Assembly (NCBI GenBank): GCA_040285825.1
Contig: JAUPSS010000004.1
Coordinates: forward strand, 4,989,784 to 5,053,783
DNA from: Eukaryota sp. TZLM1-RC
Lineage: Eukaryota > Protista > Metamonada: BaSk clade
Reading direction: 5' to 3'
Length of the DNA: 64,000 nt
Positions within the stretch are counted from its first letter, which is position 1. Every line of letters begins with the position of its first letter. Position numbers and translations under genes: made by a program. The notes under the pieces are model-generated. The model ran no database searches. It was not told the DNA's origin and saw only the letters and a list, made by a program, of their open reading frames with translations. Shown piece after piece: positions 1 to 11,781 of this stretch.

Positions 1-415
1 TTATAGGGTGCGAGGAGCGTACTCCACACCTCAGTGCGAGCTTCAAATTAAGGTGCACCTAGAGAATACATTAGATAATAGTCTACATTACCATTAATTA
101 AATCATTTGCACATTGCATGAAACCTGTGAATCACATAAATCAAATTAAATTAGTCAAATTAAAATTAAGTGTAAAGCCCCTAGTCAGTTGGGTAGGTTC
201 CGATCTGTCAAGATTTTCGATAGCAACCATTAATTTTTGATTTAATTTGCTTAGTTTTCAGAAATTATTCTAAACACATGAAGTACTTTCTATTTATCTC
301 CATTTTGTGACGCATGAATTGGAATTGGTATCTTAATCAATCAAAACTCATTTACATAAAATAATATCAATAAACAAAGTACTGTACAAATAAGAGACAC
401 AGAAGAAAGGCAATA

Positions 416-1259
416 TTAACTACCACTGTCGCTTTCATTACCGCATCTGGTTAGAAGTGAAAAATAAGGATGTAGTAGAACTTCAGTAATACTTGGCCGA
501 TCGTGTTGGTATGGTACTAATATCCTCTGCAATAGATCTGCTGCTCCAGGTGAAATAGTTTGTGGCAGGAAGAACTTGCAGCTGAGAATCTTTAATTTCA
601 GTTTGTTGAGACATTTATCATAAAAGGGAAATGAGCCAGTAAGCATAACATATAAAATGATGCCTGTACTCCAGACGTCACATTTAAGGGCATCATATTG
701 AGTTTCTTGAGCTTGTTCCACACGGATGATATCTGGTGCAGTATAGAAAATGGTGCCGCATGGTGTTATCGCTGATGAATCCTTTACTAATCGAGAAACT
801 CCAAAATCAGATATTCTTATTGAGTGTTGCACCAACAAAATGTTTTCCGGTTTGAGATCTGAAATTAGGGTATGATAATGCAAACCGCGGTGAGCTATGT
901 TATGTGAATGGAGGGCCGCTATTCCTAGACAGATTTGATGCATGTAATGGCCAGCTAACTGTTCGCTTAATCCTTGAGACTTTAAAATGATTTCAGATAA
1001 GTCCTGCTCACAGTATTCTAGTACAATGTACAACTTTTGTGAAGAGAACATTGCTTTATACATTGTACAGATATTCCGATGTTCATTGCTGCAACTACTG
1101 AGAATGGATACTTCTCCCCTCAAACATTCAAATGTGTTGGGTGGTTGAAGTGGTAAACACTTGATAGTTACTATCAACATTCACAGCTTTCTTAACCTTG
1201 CCACATGTACCGGTGTTGATTGTGCACATCACCCGGTAGTTCCGAATATGTTTGGACAT
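416..1259 (-). CDS. Ser/Thr protein kinase, CAMK/AMPK-like; one intron (859-885) and an apparent frameshift near 1172
   Basis: ATG at 1259 reads MSKHIRNYRVMCTINTGTCGKVKKAV (subdomain I). VTIK, HRDLKPEN (after removing a 27-nt GT-AG intron), DFG and DVWSTG follow in another frame. Confidence 0.8.
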
Positions 1260-4200
1260 TGTGAATGATAAGAGGTTGATTCATTGGACAACAGTTTTTT
1301 ACTCCGTTGAGTAAACGTGGCACAAATTTTTCACCCATCAAAACCTTTCCCTGAACTACTGAAAATACTATTTGGAACTGTTGATATTGCTGCAAAATAA
1401 ACTGGACTTTAACGTTTATTAAATCTAACAACAGAAAATGAACTAAGGCAAAAAAAATGATAATGTTCAAGACAAGCATTTTGAGACAACCAAGCCAGAA
1501 TAAACAACGTTGGATATTGAGGAGAATTTTTGTCTCTGAACGAAGTGGGGGAAGTAAGCTTACAAAGGTAGAAGTATGGTATATGGATTTTACAACTTAT
1601 TTATTTATTTTGTTTAAATAAAAAATGTTTTTCATAAATCTTTTGAAAATACAAATAATTAAAAAAAACACTGAGACTACCAACAAATTGTGATAAAAAA
1701 CGAAATTTGTAGCCACAAGATACAAAAAATAAATTAGCAAAATGCTAATCAATAGAGTGAATTGCTGAAAGAGTCCTCCCTCTTCATGTACATGATCACA
1801 AAAAATCAAATAATATTTCAGCTGGATTTTTTAATCAACCATGGAAAACAAGACAATTCATCCAAATAATCATTCTTGTTGAGTTCAACACATTTAATTA
1901 AAGCTTGCTTATACATTTTTGTTGTAAATAAGAGGAAAAGGCTTAATCTGACAGATTTTCTTGATCAGGTTTAATTGATTGAATGAATTTCCGAGAAGGA
2001 ATGCTTTTAGTGATATTGGAAAGCGCTGTATGATGAATTATCAATTCCTTCAACTGAATTCCACCAGATTACTTCCGATCTGACAATCGATCAGGGTAGA
2101 TGTATTTTAGCTTTTGAATACACTTCTGAATTACGACGAACAACAACACCAACTGCTTTACTGAAGTGAGATAGTTTAAATCAGTGACCTAAATGTCATT
2201 ATTATGAAGTACGAACTGCACCTAGTGAAGTAGGTAATTGTACATTAAACAATGGAATGCAAATGGAAAATTTGTGTCACGTCATCAGAAAGTTGAATGG
2301 AGAATCAAGGTCTAGACAATTGAGCTTTGCTATATGTGGAGAGTATATAATTTCTACATGTTCTGAATTACCATCAATCTTAACAACCGCAACATTTGAG
2401 AATAGTGACAGCACCTGTGAATCACAATCAACCCCATCATAGTAAGTTACGACTAAAGTTTTATGATTCTAGTATTGACCACTTTGGGACCATTTTTATA
2501 AATAGATAATCGTAATTGTAAATCACAAATATGTTCATTCAAAGATAAATTGTATTTATTGAATTTGTACACTTAATTTTAGAAATAGATTTATTGAATT
2601 TGCACACTTAATTAAATTAACTCATAACTAATGGGACGACTATCATTGAACCAAGATTTCCTCTACAAAATCTTGATCTGCTTGCTGTCTAGCTAAAGCT
2701 TCTCTTATTCGATGGAAAAACCGCGGTAATCTATTAATAATGGCAAATTGAATCCGTGAACGCCATAAAAAAATATCAAATCTTTTCATTGTTTTTTCTT
2801 GCATCATTTTTTGGAAGTCATTCAAAAAAGTTTCTGCTTCAACTGATAATCTTCCATTTATCGAAAATGGGAAAGCAATAAAAACCAGCTGTGTATTTCT
2901 ATCGACATTAGCCTCTTCAATATTTTTATCATATTTTCTATGTTTCTCTTTTGCTTCAAAATCCAGAGCAGCCACAGGATTAAGTTTTCTTCTGTGAACC
3001 AAAGTATCATTTGCAACATTACATGAGACAAAGTCAACAATAGCTTCAGAATTATCAATCCAATAACAGTATACATCACCTCTATCATCAGAACCAAAAT
3101 TATTCAGAGAAAGTGTTTCCTTCAGTAGGGGCTCTTTGATACACGATATCCTTGCAGTTTGTGCCATATTGAAAACAGTGTCTCTAACAGCATCATGTAA
3201 TGAAGAACGATAAGTTATCATTTTAGAGCAATTCTGAGCATGGAGCAAAGTGAGTTGAGGTGAATTCGAACAAATACATTTTTCTTTTGATAATAATTGA
3301 TTAATGGGGATGTTCAAATATAATCTCATTTTTGTTACAAATGCTTCATTAGTGGCACACAATCCAAATCTTCGTGGTACAATGGCTACAAAAAGTGAAG
3401 AATCTGACGACTTGTTTTCACAAACACCCTTTTCCAATAACAACGAGTGAAGATCTTGATTTAAAACAGCCGAGCTGCATATATTATTATAAAGATCTTT
3501 TTCATAATTCCAGTCAATCGTTTCTGTAATGTTCGAAGAGTGTACTTCAAATTTAAAACATTTTTTTCTGGAATATTGCCATTGAATGATTGGGGAAAAC
3601 ATTGACCCCATTTTTCTACATCAATTTTTGAAATTTCTTCATTTAATGCAAAAACAGTGGAACTTTGCGTTGTCTTCAATAAATCTTCCCAATCTGCAAT
3701 TCTTTCGGAAAACTCAAAGATTGCATTTCTGCATCCACCAACAAAAGCACACGAGGTACGAATGGAAGCCTTCGTCCACCCTAAACCGCCATAATGTGGA
3801 CTAAGGTAAGCATGATCTGGAATTTGAAACATTTTACATCCCAGTAATTGAGACAGAACTTTTACACGTGACTCATTAAACTTCTGAGCCAAAGGTCTAG
3901 TGATGAGAGGATTTGTAGATCGAAATATATGATTAAAATTGGAACTAAAACACAGTCTTATAATGGTAAATTTGATGTGTTTTTTTATATCTAAATTCAT
4001 CATTCGGTCAATTTTGTCAGAAATTGAGTTCAACTTTTCAAACAATTTTTTGGTAATTTCATCATCATTTCCTAAAAACGAACTCAAATGAGGAATAGCA
4101 TCAATTGAATATAATTTGGCTTGAATTTCAATACCATCAACTATTGTGGAAATTGGAGAATTCGATAACAAAACACATTTAAGTAAATTAAGTCGGAGAC

Positions 4201-5381
4201 CAATTTTGGTAAATAATTCTTTAAAACATACAGTTGCTTGTTTCACAATATTTAAATCACCAATAAGCACAACATCATCCATATATATAATCATTTTCAG
4301 TGAAGGAAACATCTCTTGAATTTGCAGTAAAATAGGATGAATGGGTTAAACAAAACAAAAGAGGTCCCAACGGATCTCCTTGCTTTACACCACTTGATGA
4401 ACTCAAAATGTTATTACCAAAATGTAAATTAGAATATGTGCAATATGTTGATTGAAAATACGGTATTAATTCCGGCATATATTGCAATAGAGCACCATGG
4501 ATACTGCGACGACTTAGTGAAGTGAAAGCATTACTAAAATCCAATGACATACAAACATTGGATTCATTTTGGCGAAATAAAACATCAGTAGCAAATATCG
4601 CTGAAGAGACTCCATCTGTGGTATTAATACCATATTGAAAGGGTAATAAAACTTTTTTTGCTTTCTCATTGAACCTGCTTAAGCAACATGCAGAAAAAAT
4701 ATTATGTAAGCTCTCAGAGACTGCAATAGGACGAACATCCATTTTTGAATTTTTGACAAGTGCAGTCAAACGAGAACTTCTTAATTCTTCTGGGTATTTG
4801 CGTTGACCGGATAATATTTGGTTGAAAAATTTGGTCAATAAACCAAGGCAATCTTCTGAAGAAATAATCGCGGCTTTTACATGATCAATAGTATTACCAG
4901 AAAGTCCGGCAGACTTATCACGAGGTCTCTTTTTGATAACCGAAAAAACTTCTGATGGCATCAATGGATAATTTTCCCAGTATGTGCCGTAAAAATTTTG
5001 ATCCATTATAGGGTCTTCATAAGGATGAAGTATTTTCAGTTTATCTATTGTATTTTCATTGTTCGCTGCTTTAACTCCGGGACTTAAAGCTGACAAAGCC
5101 TTGGACCATTTGTTGTCAAAGCATTTGTCTTCAAAAATTTTACTTAATTTCTCGGATGATTGATTTCTCGGTGCTATATGAGTTAAATCTTCGGAATTAT
5201 TTACGAAATTTTGTTCAAAAGGAGGACAAAAAGAACCAAAAAATTCCCAAAAAATATTGATAACATACTTTCCTTTACATAATTGATCCAAAAATCTTTG
5301 AAAAACAAAAGCAAATTCATTGCATTTGGTCGGATGGATTTCTTGAGGTATTCTTATGGGAGGATGGTAGTTATCAACTAT

Positions 5382-5522
5382 TGATGCCGTTAGGCAGAAA
5401 TACCAAAGAAGTAAAGAGAGAAAAGAGGTTTATTAATAGAAATACTTGTTTTTGAACAAGTGCCACGTCATCATGTAAATTCCTCATCTGTCTAGCAAGA
5501 TAGTTAATCAGTAACAACAACA
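5382..5522 (-). repeat. 3' LTR (141 bp)
   Basis: Identical to 6339-6479; preceded on the minus strand by PPT GAAAGAAAATGGGAAGAAGTAG. Confidence 0.95.
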
Positions 5523-5562
5523 CTACTTCTTCCCATTTTCTTTCAACAGTTTCGTGAACCAT

Positions 5563-6315
5563 TTAGCATAATGAAGAAAGGGGATTTGTGAGATACTGAG
5601 GCACGTGGCGTAAATGATTGACTTCGTGCTTAACTTTTGAGGGGCAATCACGAGCTAGATGACCTTTCTGGTGACATTTGAAACATGTCCCTTCAGTCAA
5701 ATTGCGAGACCTATGGGATGAACGAGACTTCATACCAGCTTGACGCACAGAGTCGGTATTTTCAGAAACAGTCTTTGAAGACCTGTTCCAAGAAGCTACT
5801 CGCGTGCAATCAAGTAGTTCATCCTCTGCGGTATTTACCAATGTAGGAAAATCGGGGAATACCTCATCCCGAATTCGAGAAATCAGAGATTTCTGCAGTC
5901 CTAATGGAAGAATACCCTTGGCGAATCTGATCATGAAGGCTGAGTCAGGCAGTTTCAGTCCGGAAGCCCTGCTTTTCGCCTGAAGAAAACGTCTCAGGTA
6001 GCAGGACATACGTTCACGGACGTCGCCCTTACGGACATCAACCTTCAACTCAGACATCACCAAGTTGAATTCCTCGTACGAGGAAAACGAGGTGGAGGAT
6101 CTTAAATGATCCAGAAACACCTCATCGGATGAATCGACCCCAGGTCTTGTGAGAACCAATGATTCTAACAAGAAGGGGTCAACGAGGAGCCTTGCTGGAA
6201 CAAGGTCCTTTTTCGGTGTAACAGAAGAGTACACCTTCCACTGTTGTAGGAACAACAGAACATCATCCACTTCCATAGAAGCAAGGGACGGATGTAGTAC
6301 GTGTGTAGATTTCAT
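5563..6315 (-). CDS. Gag-like protein, 250 aa, with C-terminal CCHC zinc knuckle
   Basis: Intact ORF from MKSTHV... between the LTRs; CFKCHQKGHLARDC; helical capsid-like region upstream. Confidence 0.85.
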   Translation of the reverse strand: MKSTHVLHPSLASMEVDDVLLFLQQWKVYSSVTPKKDLVPARLLVDPFLLESLVLTRPGVDSSDEVFLDHLRSSTSFSSYEEFNLVMSELKVDVRKGDVRERMSCYLRRFLQAKSRASGLKLPDSAFMIRFAKGILPLGLQKSLISRIRDEVFPDFPTLVNTAEDELLDCTRVASWNRSSKTVSENTDSVRQAGMKSRSSHRSRNLTEGTCFKCHQKGHLARDCPSKVKHEVNHLRHVPQYLTNPLSSLC

Positions 6316-6338
6316 CTGCAATGAGGGCCAATAATTAT

Positions 6339-6479
6339 TGATGCCGTTAGGCAGAAATACCAAAGAAGTAAAGAGAGAAAAGAGGTTTATTAATAGAAAT
6401 ACTTGTTTTTGAACAAGTGCCACGTCATCATGTAAATTCCTCATCTGTCTAGCAAGATAGTTAATCAGTAACAACAACA
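6339..6479 (-). repeat. 5' LTR (141 bp)
   Basis: Identical to 5382-5522. Confidence 0.95.
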
Positions 6480-7499
6480 CTATGCGGCATTTCAAGCATC
6501 GATCAGAAGTTTTTCCTTTTGCATTTTTTCTAAAAGAAATACCACAATTGTTGCAAGTTTTGTGCTTCAATCGATTGCTAACTGGTTTTGCAACAACTTG
6601 TGGAGCATCATTTATGGATTCTACCTTAGACTCTTTTCTTCTAATAAATTTTCTTTTACATTTTGTTTCAGAATTTGTCACATCATTTCTTCCAACATTG
6701 GGGCATGTTCGAGCATTATGTCCTTGTTGTCGACACTTTGAGCATCTGTAGGAGCGTGGCTTTGTTTTTTAACAAACTTTGTTTTCATCGTGATTTTCTA
6801 AAAACTCTTGATCAGAATTTTTTTGTCCAAAAATGAAGAGAGAAGAGGTTGAGGAGGAGAGGTGGAAAGGACGTCTTGAGCATCTTGTTGTCTATCGTTC
6901 TTTCTTTTGACTCCATTAGAATCAGAAACTGATTCAGGCATCAACAAGAAAGAATAGACGCAATGATCGCGGTTCAGCCAGGTTGTAAGTTAAACGGTTT
7001 TATGTAGAGGAAGGAAAATGAAAATTATATTATTCAAAGATTCAAATACATTAATCATTTTCTTAGCTAAACTAGTCACTTTTGCTAATTGAACATTTAG
7101 TGTAGGATGTGGCTTTTGTATAAGGATAGTTACCAAATAAGTTCTTCAAATTTTGTCAATTATCAGAGTATATTTATTTGATTAGACCACTAAACATTCT
7201 ATCCAAAGGTTGTTTGGGGTTATTAAAACTACCACGATATTCAGCCCCAAATGATACATTGATAGTTTGTAGTTGATCAATCAAATGAAATTGAACCAAG
7301 AATTATGTGAAAAATCTGGTTTAATTGATCAAATAACCACCAATTCAAGAAATAGAAAGGGAAAATCTATCAAATAACCAAAAAAGTTCTTAAGGTTTCA
7401 TCTTCATTTGGTTATTCGTTCCATCAAATTCAGCCTAAAGTAGGGTTCGGTTATAGGCTTATTCAAATCACCATAATGAGATTACTGAAACAATACTGA

Positions 7500-7695
7500 A
7501 ATTTTATTGAACTCTAACACCTTATGAAACTAAATACTAACTAATGGGACTAAATTCAATGAACCAAGAGTTCCTCTGCAAAATCCTGATTTGCTGGTTT
7601 TCTTGCCATTGCTCCTCTTCATCGATGGAATAACCAAGGTAATGTATGAGTTTTAGCAAAGTGAATTCGTGAGCGCCACAAAAAGACATCAAATA
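7500..7695 (-). mobile_element. Diverged 3' fragment of family A non-LTR element
   Basis: Matches the EEILVQ C-terminus and the gtcccattagtt 3' UTR. Confidence 0.7.
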
Positions 7696-8330
7696 AAAAA
7701 CAGAAAGAAATAGGAAAAAATTGAAATAGTTTTTACTACAAAATGGCTTATAATGAGATTGGCTTTTACTAAAAATCTTACTTTAATGTTTATGTTGTTT
7801 TGTTCAATACTTAAGGTCAGAGAGTTCAAGACAGTGTAACATTTTGCTCCTTAAATCCCAGATTGGGGTTTTTGTTGAAGGTTCATACCCATTGAAGTAT
7901 TTGTACTTATGTAGGGCAGCAGTGAGCCGAATTTCATTCTTTTCAATGTGGTCGAACTTAAGATCCAAGACTTTAATTGTAGAATTGGCTCTGGGAATCT
8001 TTTGCAGAAAGCCCCGGCTCCATCATTACCACTTTTACTGTCAATAGATTGAATTCAATCAACTGAAAAAGTGGGGGTTTACAAATAGCAATCTAATGTT
8101 TCGAAATTTTTGCATTTAAGACCATAAATTATTGTCTAATCATACATCGTATTTGACAAATTACTGAATCAGTAGGCTGCAGTCAATAAATAATAATAAG
8201 TCAATAATAAATTATCAATGCATGCAAGTTAACTTAGAATGGTAAATCATTGGAAATTATATTTCAAATATATTGAATATTTATTAAACCAAAAAAAGAA
8301 CTATGTGGATAAAGACTAAGACTGTAAAAA

Positions 8331-9956
8331 CTACGAAGAAAAATCTATTGAATTATCAATTAGATATTGCTTAAATTTTGGCAAAAGTTCGTCAAGATTC
8401 CTTTTGACCAAGAGATCATGTAAATATTGACAAAAAACACAAACCTCACGTGAATCAAGACCATCAAAGTCAACAAAAGCCAAGACCTTTTTGACCACCA
8501 GCTCTAAACAAGCGTCATCTGTTCTATTTATGAGCCTTCTCAACGAACGTCGTAAACTAATATCAGACAGAATCTTGTAAACATCAATAAACTCATCAAA
8601 AGATTGCCAGAATTGACTTGATTGGTCAAAATTTGACACAAACTCAATCAAGACATATTGACCATTGCTGTCGACGAGCACTTCTGCAAGATTCTCTGTG
8701 ATGTAGGTCATCAAAGGGTCTTTAATAGCGTTGAACAATTCATTTCGTCTCACGTCAGCATCTTTTTTGGAGGAAGACTCCCCATCAATGTCGACTGCTG
8801 AGACCATTTTCTTTAAATCAGCATTAATTTGTTTTGAGCCAAATCCATTGATAATAAAACAAATGATTAAATGTCCAAACTTATCACTAATCAAATCACT
8901 CACAGAATCCACAACTTCGGAAATAATCACTTTTGATAACGCTGACGTGTCATCAGTTGATGCCAGCAAAGCGAGAATCACCAAATAGCCATATTGATTC
9001 GAACAGAGCTCAACAACATGGTTCTTAATTGCTTTCAAATATCCTCTTCTATCCTTGGCTGTACCACAAATAATGGCCAAAACTAGGATTTTTGATCCTA
9101 TTTTTGAGCTGATTAGGTAATCTAAATGCTCCACAAGTAATCCAGAAACAGAGTTTCGAACTGTTTTGTAATCAGTTTCCTTTAAAACTTCATAAAAGGC
9201 AACTTGAATGAATGACAGTCCAATCAAACCCTTTGATGATAAAGAATTGATTGTTTCAATCAATGACGTAACTAGTGATTGTTTCTGAACTGGTCGAAGG
9301 GCAAGTACATCAGAAACAGAAGAATCAAGAGATATCTGTTCTAATTGACATATAGAAGTCAGAGTTTTTCCAAAGACGTTCAAAATTAGACTATTTTTGA
9401 CGGATGAGCTGGCATGTGATGACGTGTACAAATCTTCCAAAACACGGGCTCCGTCAACGTGCCTTGCTAAGGTAGAAGCTAAGGAAATGAGTTGTTCAAT
9501 CAAAGTAGAAATGAGGGTTGCTGAACAGTGAGTAAGTAAACGTGTGATGACGCGACGTGTGTAGGGAGAGCAGGCAATGTTCTGGATATCAGCAGAGATT
9601 TCCTTAATGATCGTGGAATGTATATCGTCATTTCCAAAACGAATAACAGACTGCACAAGTCTTGATCCACGTTTGTTACGAATGACGCCAAGATATTTAG
9701 ATTCCAGTGAGCTATGAAGTTCTAAAACAAGTTCGGTTCTTCTGTCTGATGTGGTTTCTTTTTTGGTAAGTTCTACAAATTTAGAGTTCAAGTCAATGAT
9801 AAGATCTCCATGTTCTTTCTCTCGAAGATGACGACGACGGAGCTCAAGTTTTGAAACACGTTCTGCACTTTCAGCTTCATGTTCTGTTTCATGACGAGTC
9901 TGTTTAGTGGCTGGTGCCCCAGAAGTAGTAGAAGTACGCTTTGAATTGGTCACCAT
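8331..9956 (-). CDS. PUM3: Pumilio homolog 3 / Puf6-like nucleolar RNA-binding protein
   Basis: Divergent PUF repeats (GSRLVQSVIRFG, GTAKDRR, TDDT) and CPL-domain motif SKKDADVRRNEL. Confidence 0.85.
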   Translation of the reverse strand: MVTNSKRTSTTSGAPATKQTRHETEHEAESAERVSKLELRRRHLREKEHGDLIIDLNSKFVELTKKETTSDRRTELVLELHSSLESKYLGVIRNKRGSRLVQSVIRFGNDDIHSTIIKEISADIQNIACSPYTRRVITRLLTHCSATLISTLIEQLISLASTLARHVDGARVLEDLYTSSHASSSVKNSLILNVFGKTLTSICQLEQISLDSSVSDVLALRPVQKQSLVTSLIETINSLSSKGLIGLSFIQVAFYEVLKETDYKTVRNSVSGLLVEHLDYLISSKIGSKILVLAIICGTAKDRRGYLKAIKNHVVELCSNQYGYLVILALLASTDDTSALSKVIISEVVDSVSDLISDKFGHLIICFIINGFGSKQINADLKKMVSAVDIDGESSSKKDADVRRNELFNAIKDPLMTYITENLAEVLVDSNGQYVLIEFVSNFDQSSQFWQSFDEFIDVYKILSDISLRRSLRRLINRTDDACLELVVKKVLAFVDFDGLDSREVCVFCQYLHDLLVKRNLDELLPKFKQYLIDNSIDFSS

Positions 9957-10089
9957 TGAATTTAAGAGGTGAAAATATACTGTGATTTGTATAGTCTGTG
10001 TAATTCACCTGTGGTCAATAATAGGTGAATTTTAATTCTCACCTCACAAATTTCTCACATCTTCTTTTTACTGTCCTTTATTCACTTCT

Positions 10090-11187
10090 ATGGGGGCCAC
10101 TATCGACTTATTGTTGTCTGGTAATGATCTTAGGCGCCTCAAAGTACACGCTAGCGAAGACACAAAGATTCGTGCGGTGTACACCTTAGTCTTCCTTGAG
10201 AAAACACAACAAGACGTTGCTGAATACTACTGCGTTGCACAGTCTACGGTATCGACTTGGTTACGCCAAGTATTTCCTAGTTCTGAATCTACTCCCAATC
10301 CTACATCACGCAATCTCTTCCAAACTCCTTCATCTCGTCACAAACTAAACGAAACAGAGTCCTCATTTATCCTCCAACTTGTGAAAGAACAACCTCTCCT
10401 TTTTTTACGCGAAATACGTAAGCTAGTTTTTACAAAATTTCACAAGAAAGTTAGTGTAACAACTGTGCACAGATTACTAATCAAAAACAATTTTACTCAC
10501 AAAAAATGTGCTAATTTGATGAGACGAGCCAAAAAAGAACTGATTCATAACTTTGAATTAAGTTTTCGAAGACTTTTTGGTGTTGTAATTCAACAACAAT
10601 TATTATTTATTGACGAAGTTTCGTTTAAATCAGAACACTTTGTGAGAAAAACTTGTTGGAGCCCTAAGGGAGTTCCAATTAATACTGAGAGACCGAACTT
10701 CAAGGAAGGGCAGGTGAGTCTCATGGTGGCAATTGATGTCAATGGACTAGTGATGTTTCATATAAAACAGGGTCATTTTGATCGCACAGGATATGTAAGT
10801 TTTCTACAAGATTTACTGCATCATAAATTATTATCAATTGAAGGAGGAGCTAGATCAATAGTGGTTGTTGGTGGATGCAATATTCATAAAAGTGCATACA
10901 TTTTCAGGGCAGTAAAATTGGCTGGCTGAAAATATTTGATTTTACCACCGTATTCTCCTGATTGTAACCCAATAGAAGCGTTTTTTGGTCTGCTTAGAAG
11001 AAAAGTCAGAGACAATTCGTTACACAGCCCACTGCAAGGTGTGAATCTTTTACAGCAGCTATTACGTACAATGAATTTTAATTGCAGCAATTTATTTGAC
11101 CATAGTGGCTGGAAGGATTTTTGCCCATTCAGATCACCATACTTGCATGGTATAAAGGCAAATTTTTTCAAAGATCATTTGGATTGA
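10090..11187 (+). pseudogene. IS630/Tc1 DD34E transposase, inactivated
   Basis: N-terminal HTH (QQDVAEYYCVAQSTVSTW), FIDE and LPPYSPDCNPIE. In-frame TGA at 10927-10929; second catalytic Asp replaced by Gly (VVGGCNIH). Confidence 0.9.
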
Positions 11188-11296
11188 ATAAAGTTTTGAT
11201 TAAAAATGTATTAAAAATAAAACAGTTTTAATTGATTTTGTATTGAAAATAAAAAAAACTTTTATCTTCAAAAAAACCAATACTATTGTACTACTA

Positions 11297-11781
11297 TTAA
11301 TCAGTATGCTGAGTGTCTTCCGCAGCAGCCACTCTTTTGAAAGCTTCATTTACGTCACTGGATAAGGCAGCTTCTGAACTAGTTCTTTTACCCAAGCTGA
11401 TAACAAAACAATTTAACTTCTTGAGAAAAGTAGACTCAAGTACATCAAGTAATTCAAGTACTTGTTCTCTAATCTTGAATAATTGAGCGGCTGAATATTG
11501 AGCTACCTGTTCAGCCAATTCAACCGAAAACAGATTGTTTTTTGCATCACCCAGGAAGGGTATGATGGACTCAGGAATCCTGGTGATGCTTCCCTTTCCC
11601 TCGTTGATTATCTCCAACCAAGTGTTCCACAGGTGGTCAGCAAGTACCACCTTGTGACTGTTTCAACGTCTTGGTATAGAAGACCGATGGTAGTAGCACC
11701 AAAACGTCGAGCTCCAAATACTAGATAGTAATAAAGTTGGATTTGTACGGAATTGGGTGTACCAGATGCAACTAAAGACAT
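11297..11781 (-). pseudogene. Unknown ~160-aa transposon-borne ORF with one frameshift near 11650
   Basis: ATG at 11781 (MSLVASGTPN...) runs to ~11650 and joins ORF 11297-11650 by a 1-nt shift; lies inside the TIRs. Confidence 0.5.

Larger units (their letters stand above)
5382..6479 (-). mobile_element. Gag-only miniature LTR retrotransposon inserted in the family A element
   Basis: Identical 141-bp TG..CA LTRs, 4-bp TSD CTAT (5378-5381, 6480-6483), and a polypurine tract next to the 3' LTR. The empty site (ttatcaaCTATgcgg) is visible in the sister element near 51107-51120. Confidence 0.95.
2547..7031 (-). mobile_element. Near-full-length CRE-like non-LTR retrotransposon (family A, RT + restriction-like endonuclease), disrupted
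   Basis: N-terminal CSKCRQQGHNARTC knuckle; RT motifs RPIAV, LDFSNAF, GVKQGDPLGP, YMDD; CCHC plus HDAVRD; RLE motif RGD...VD...EKHRKY. Candidate 10-bp TSD ATTCAAAGAT at 2537-2546 and 7032-7041. Highly similar to the copy at 48314-51656. Confidence 0.9.

Noticed and set aside
7780-8200. Possible decayed leucine-rich-repeat gene fragments (also ~1850-2450, 36000-36640, 37750-38100)
   Set aside because: Only faint motifs such as ANSTIKVLDL across many stops; too degraded to call.
10927-10929. In-frame TGA in the transposase (and TGA at 50919-50921) as a sign of stop-codon reassignment
   Set aside because: Host genes end in TGA (PITH, CFAP58, RCHY1), TAA and TAG. The transposase also lost a catalytic Asp, and the sister retroelement has TTA at the 50919 site.
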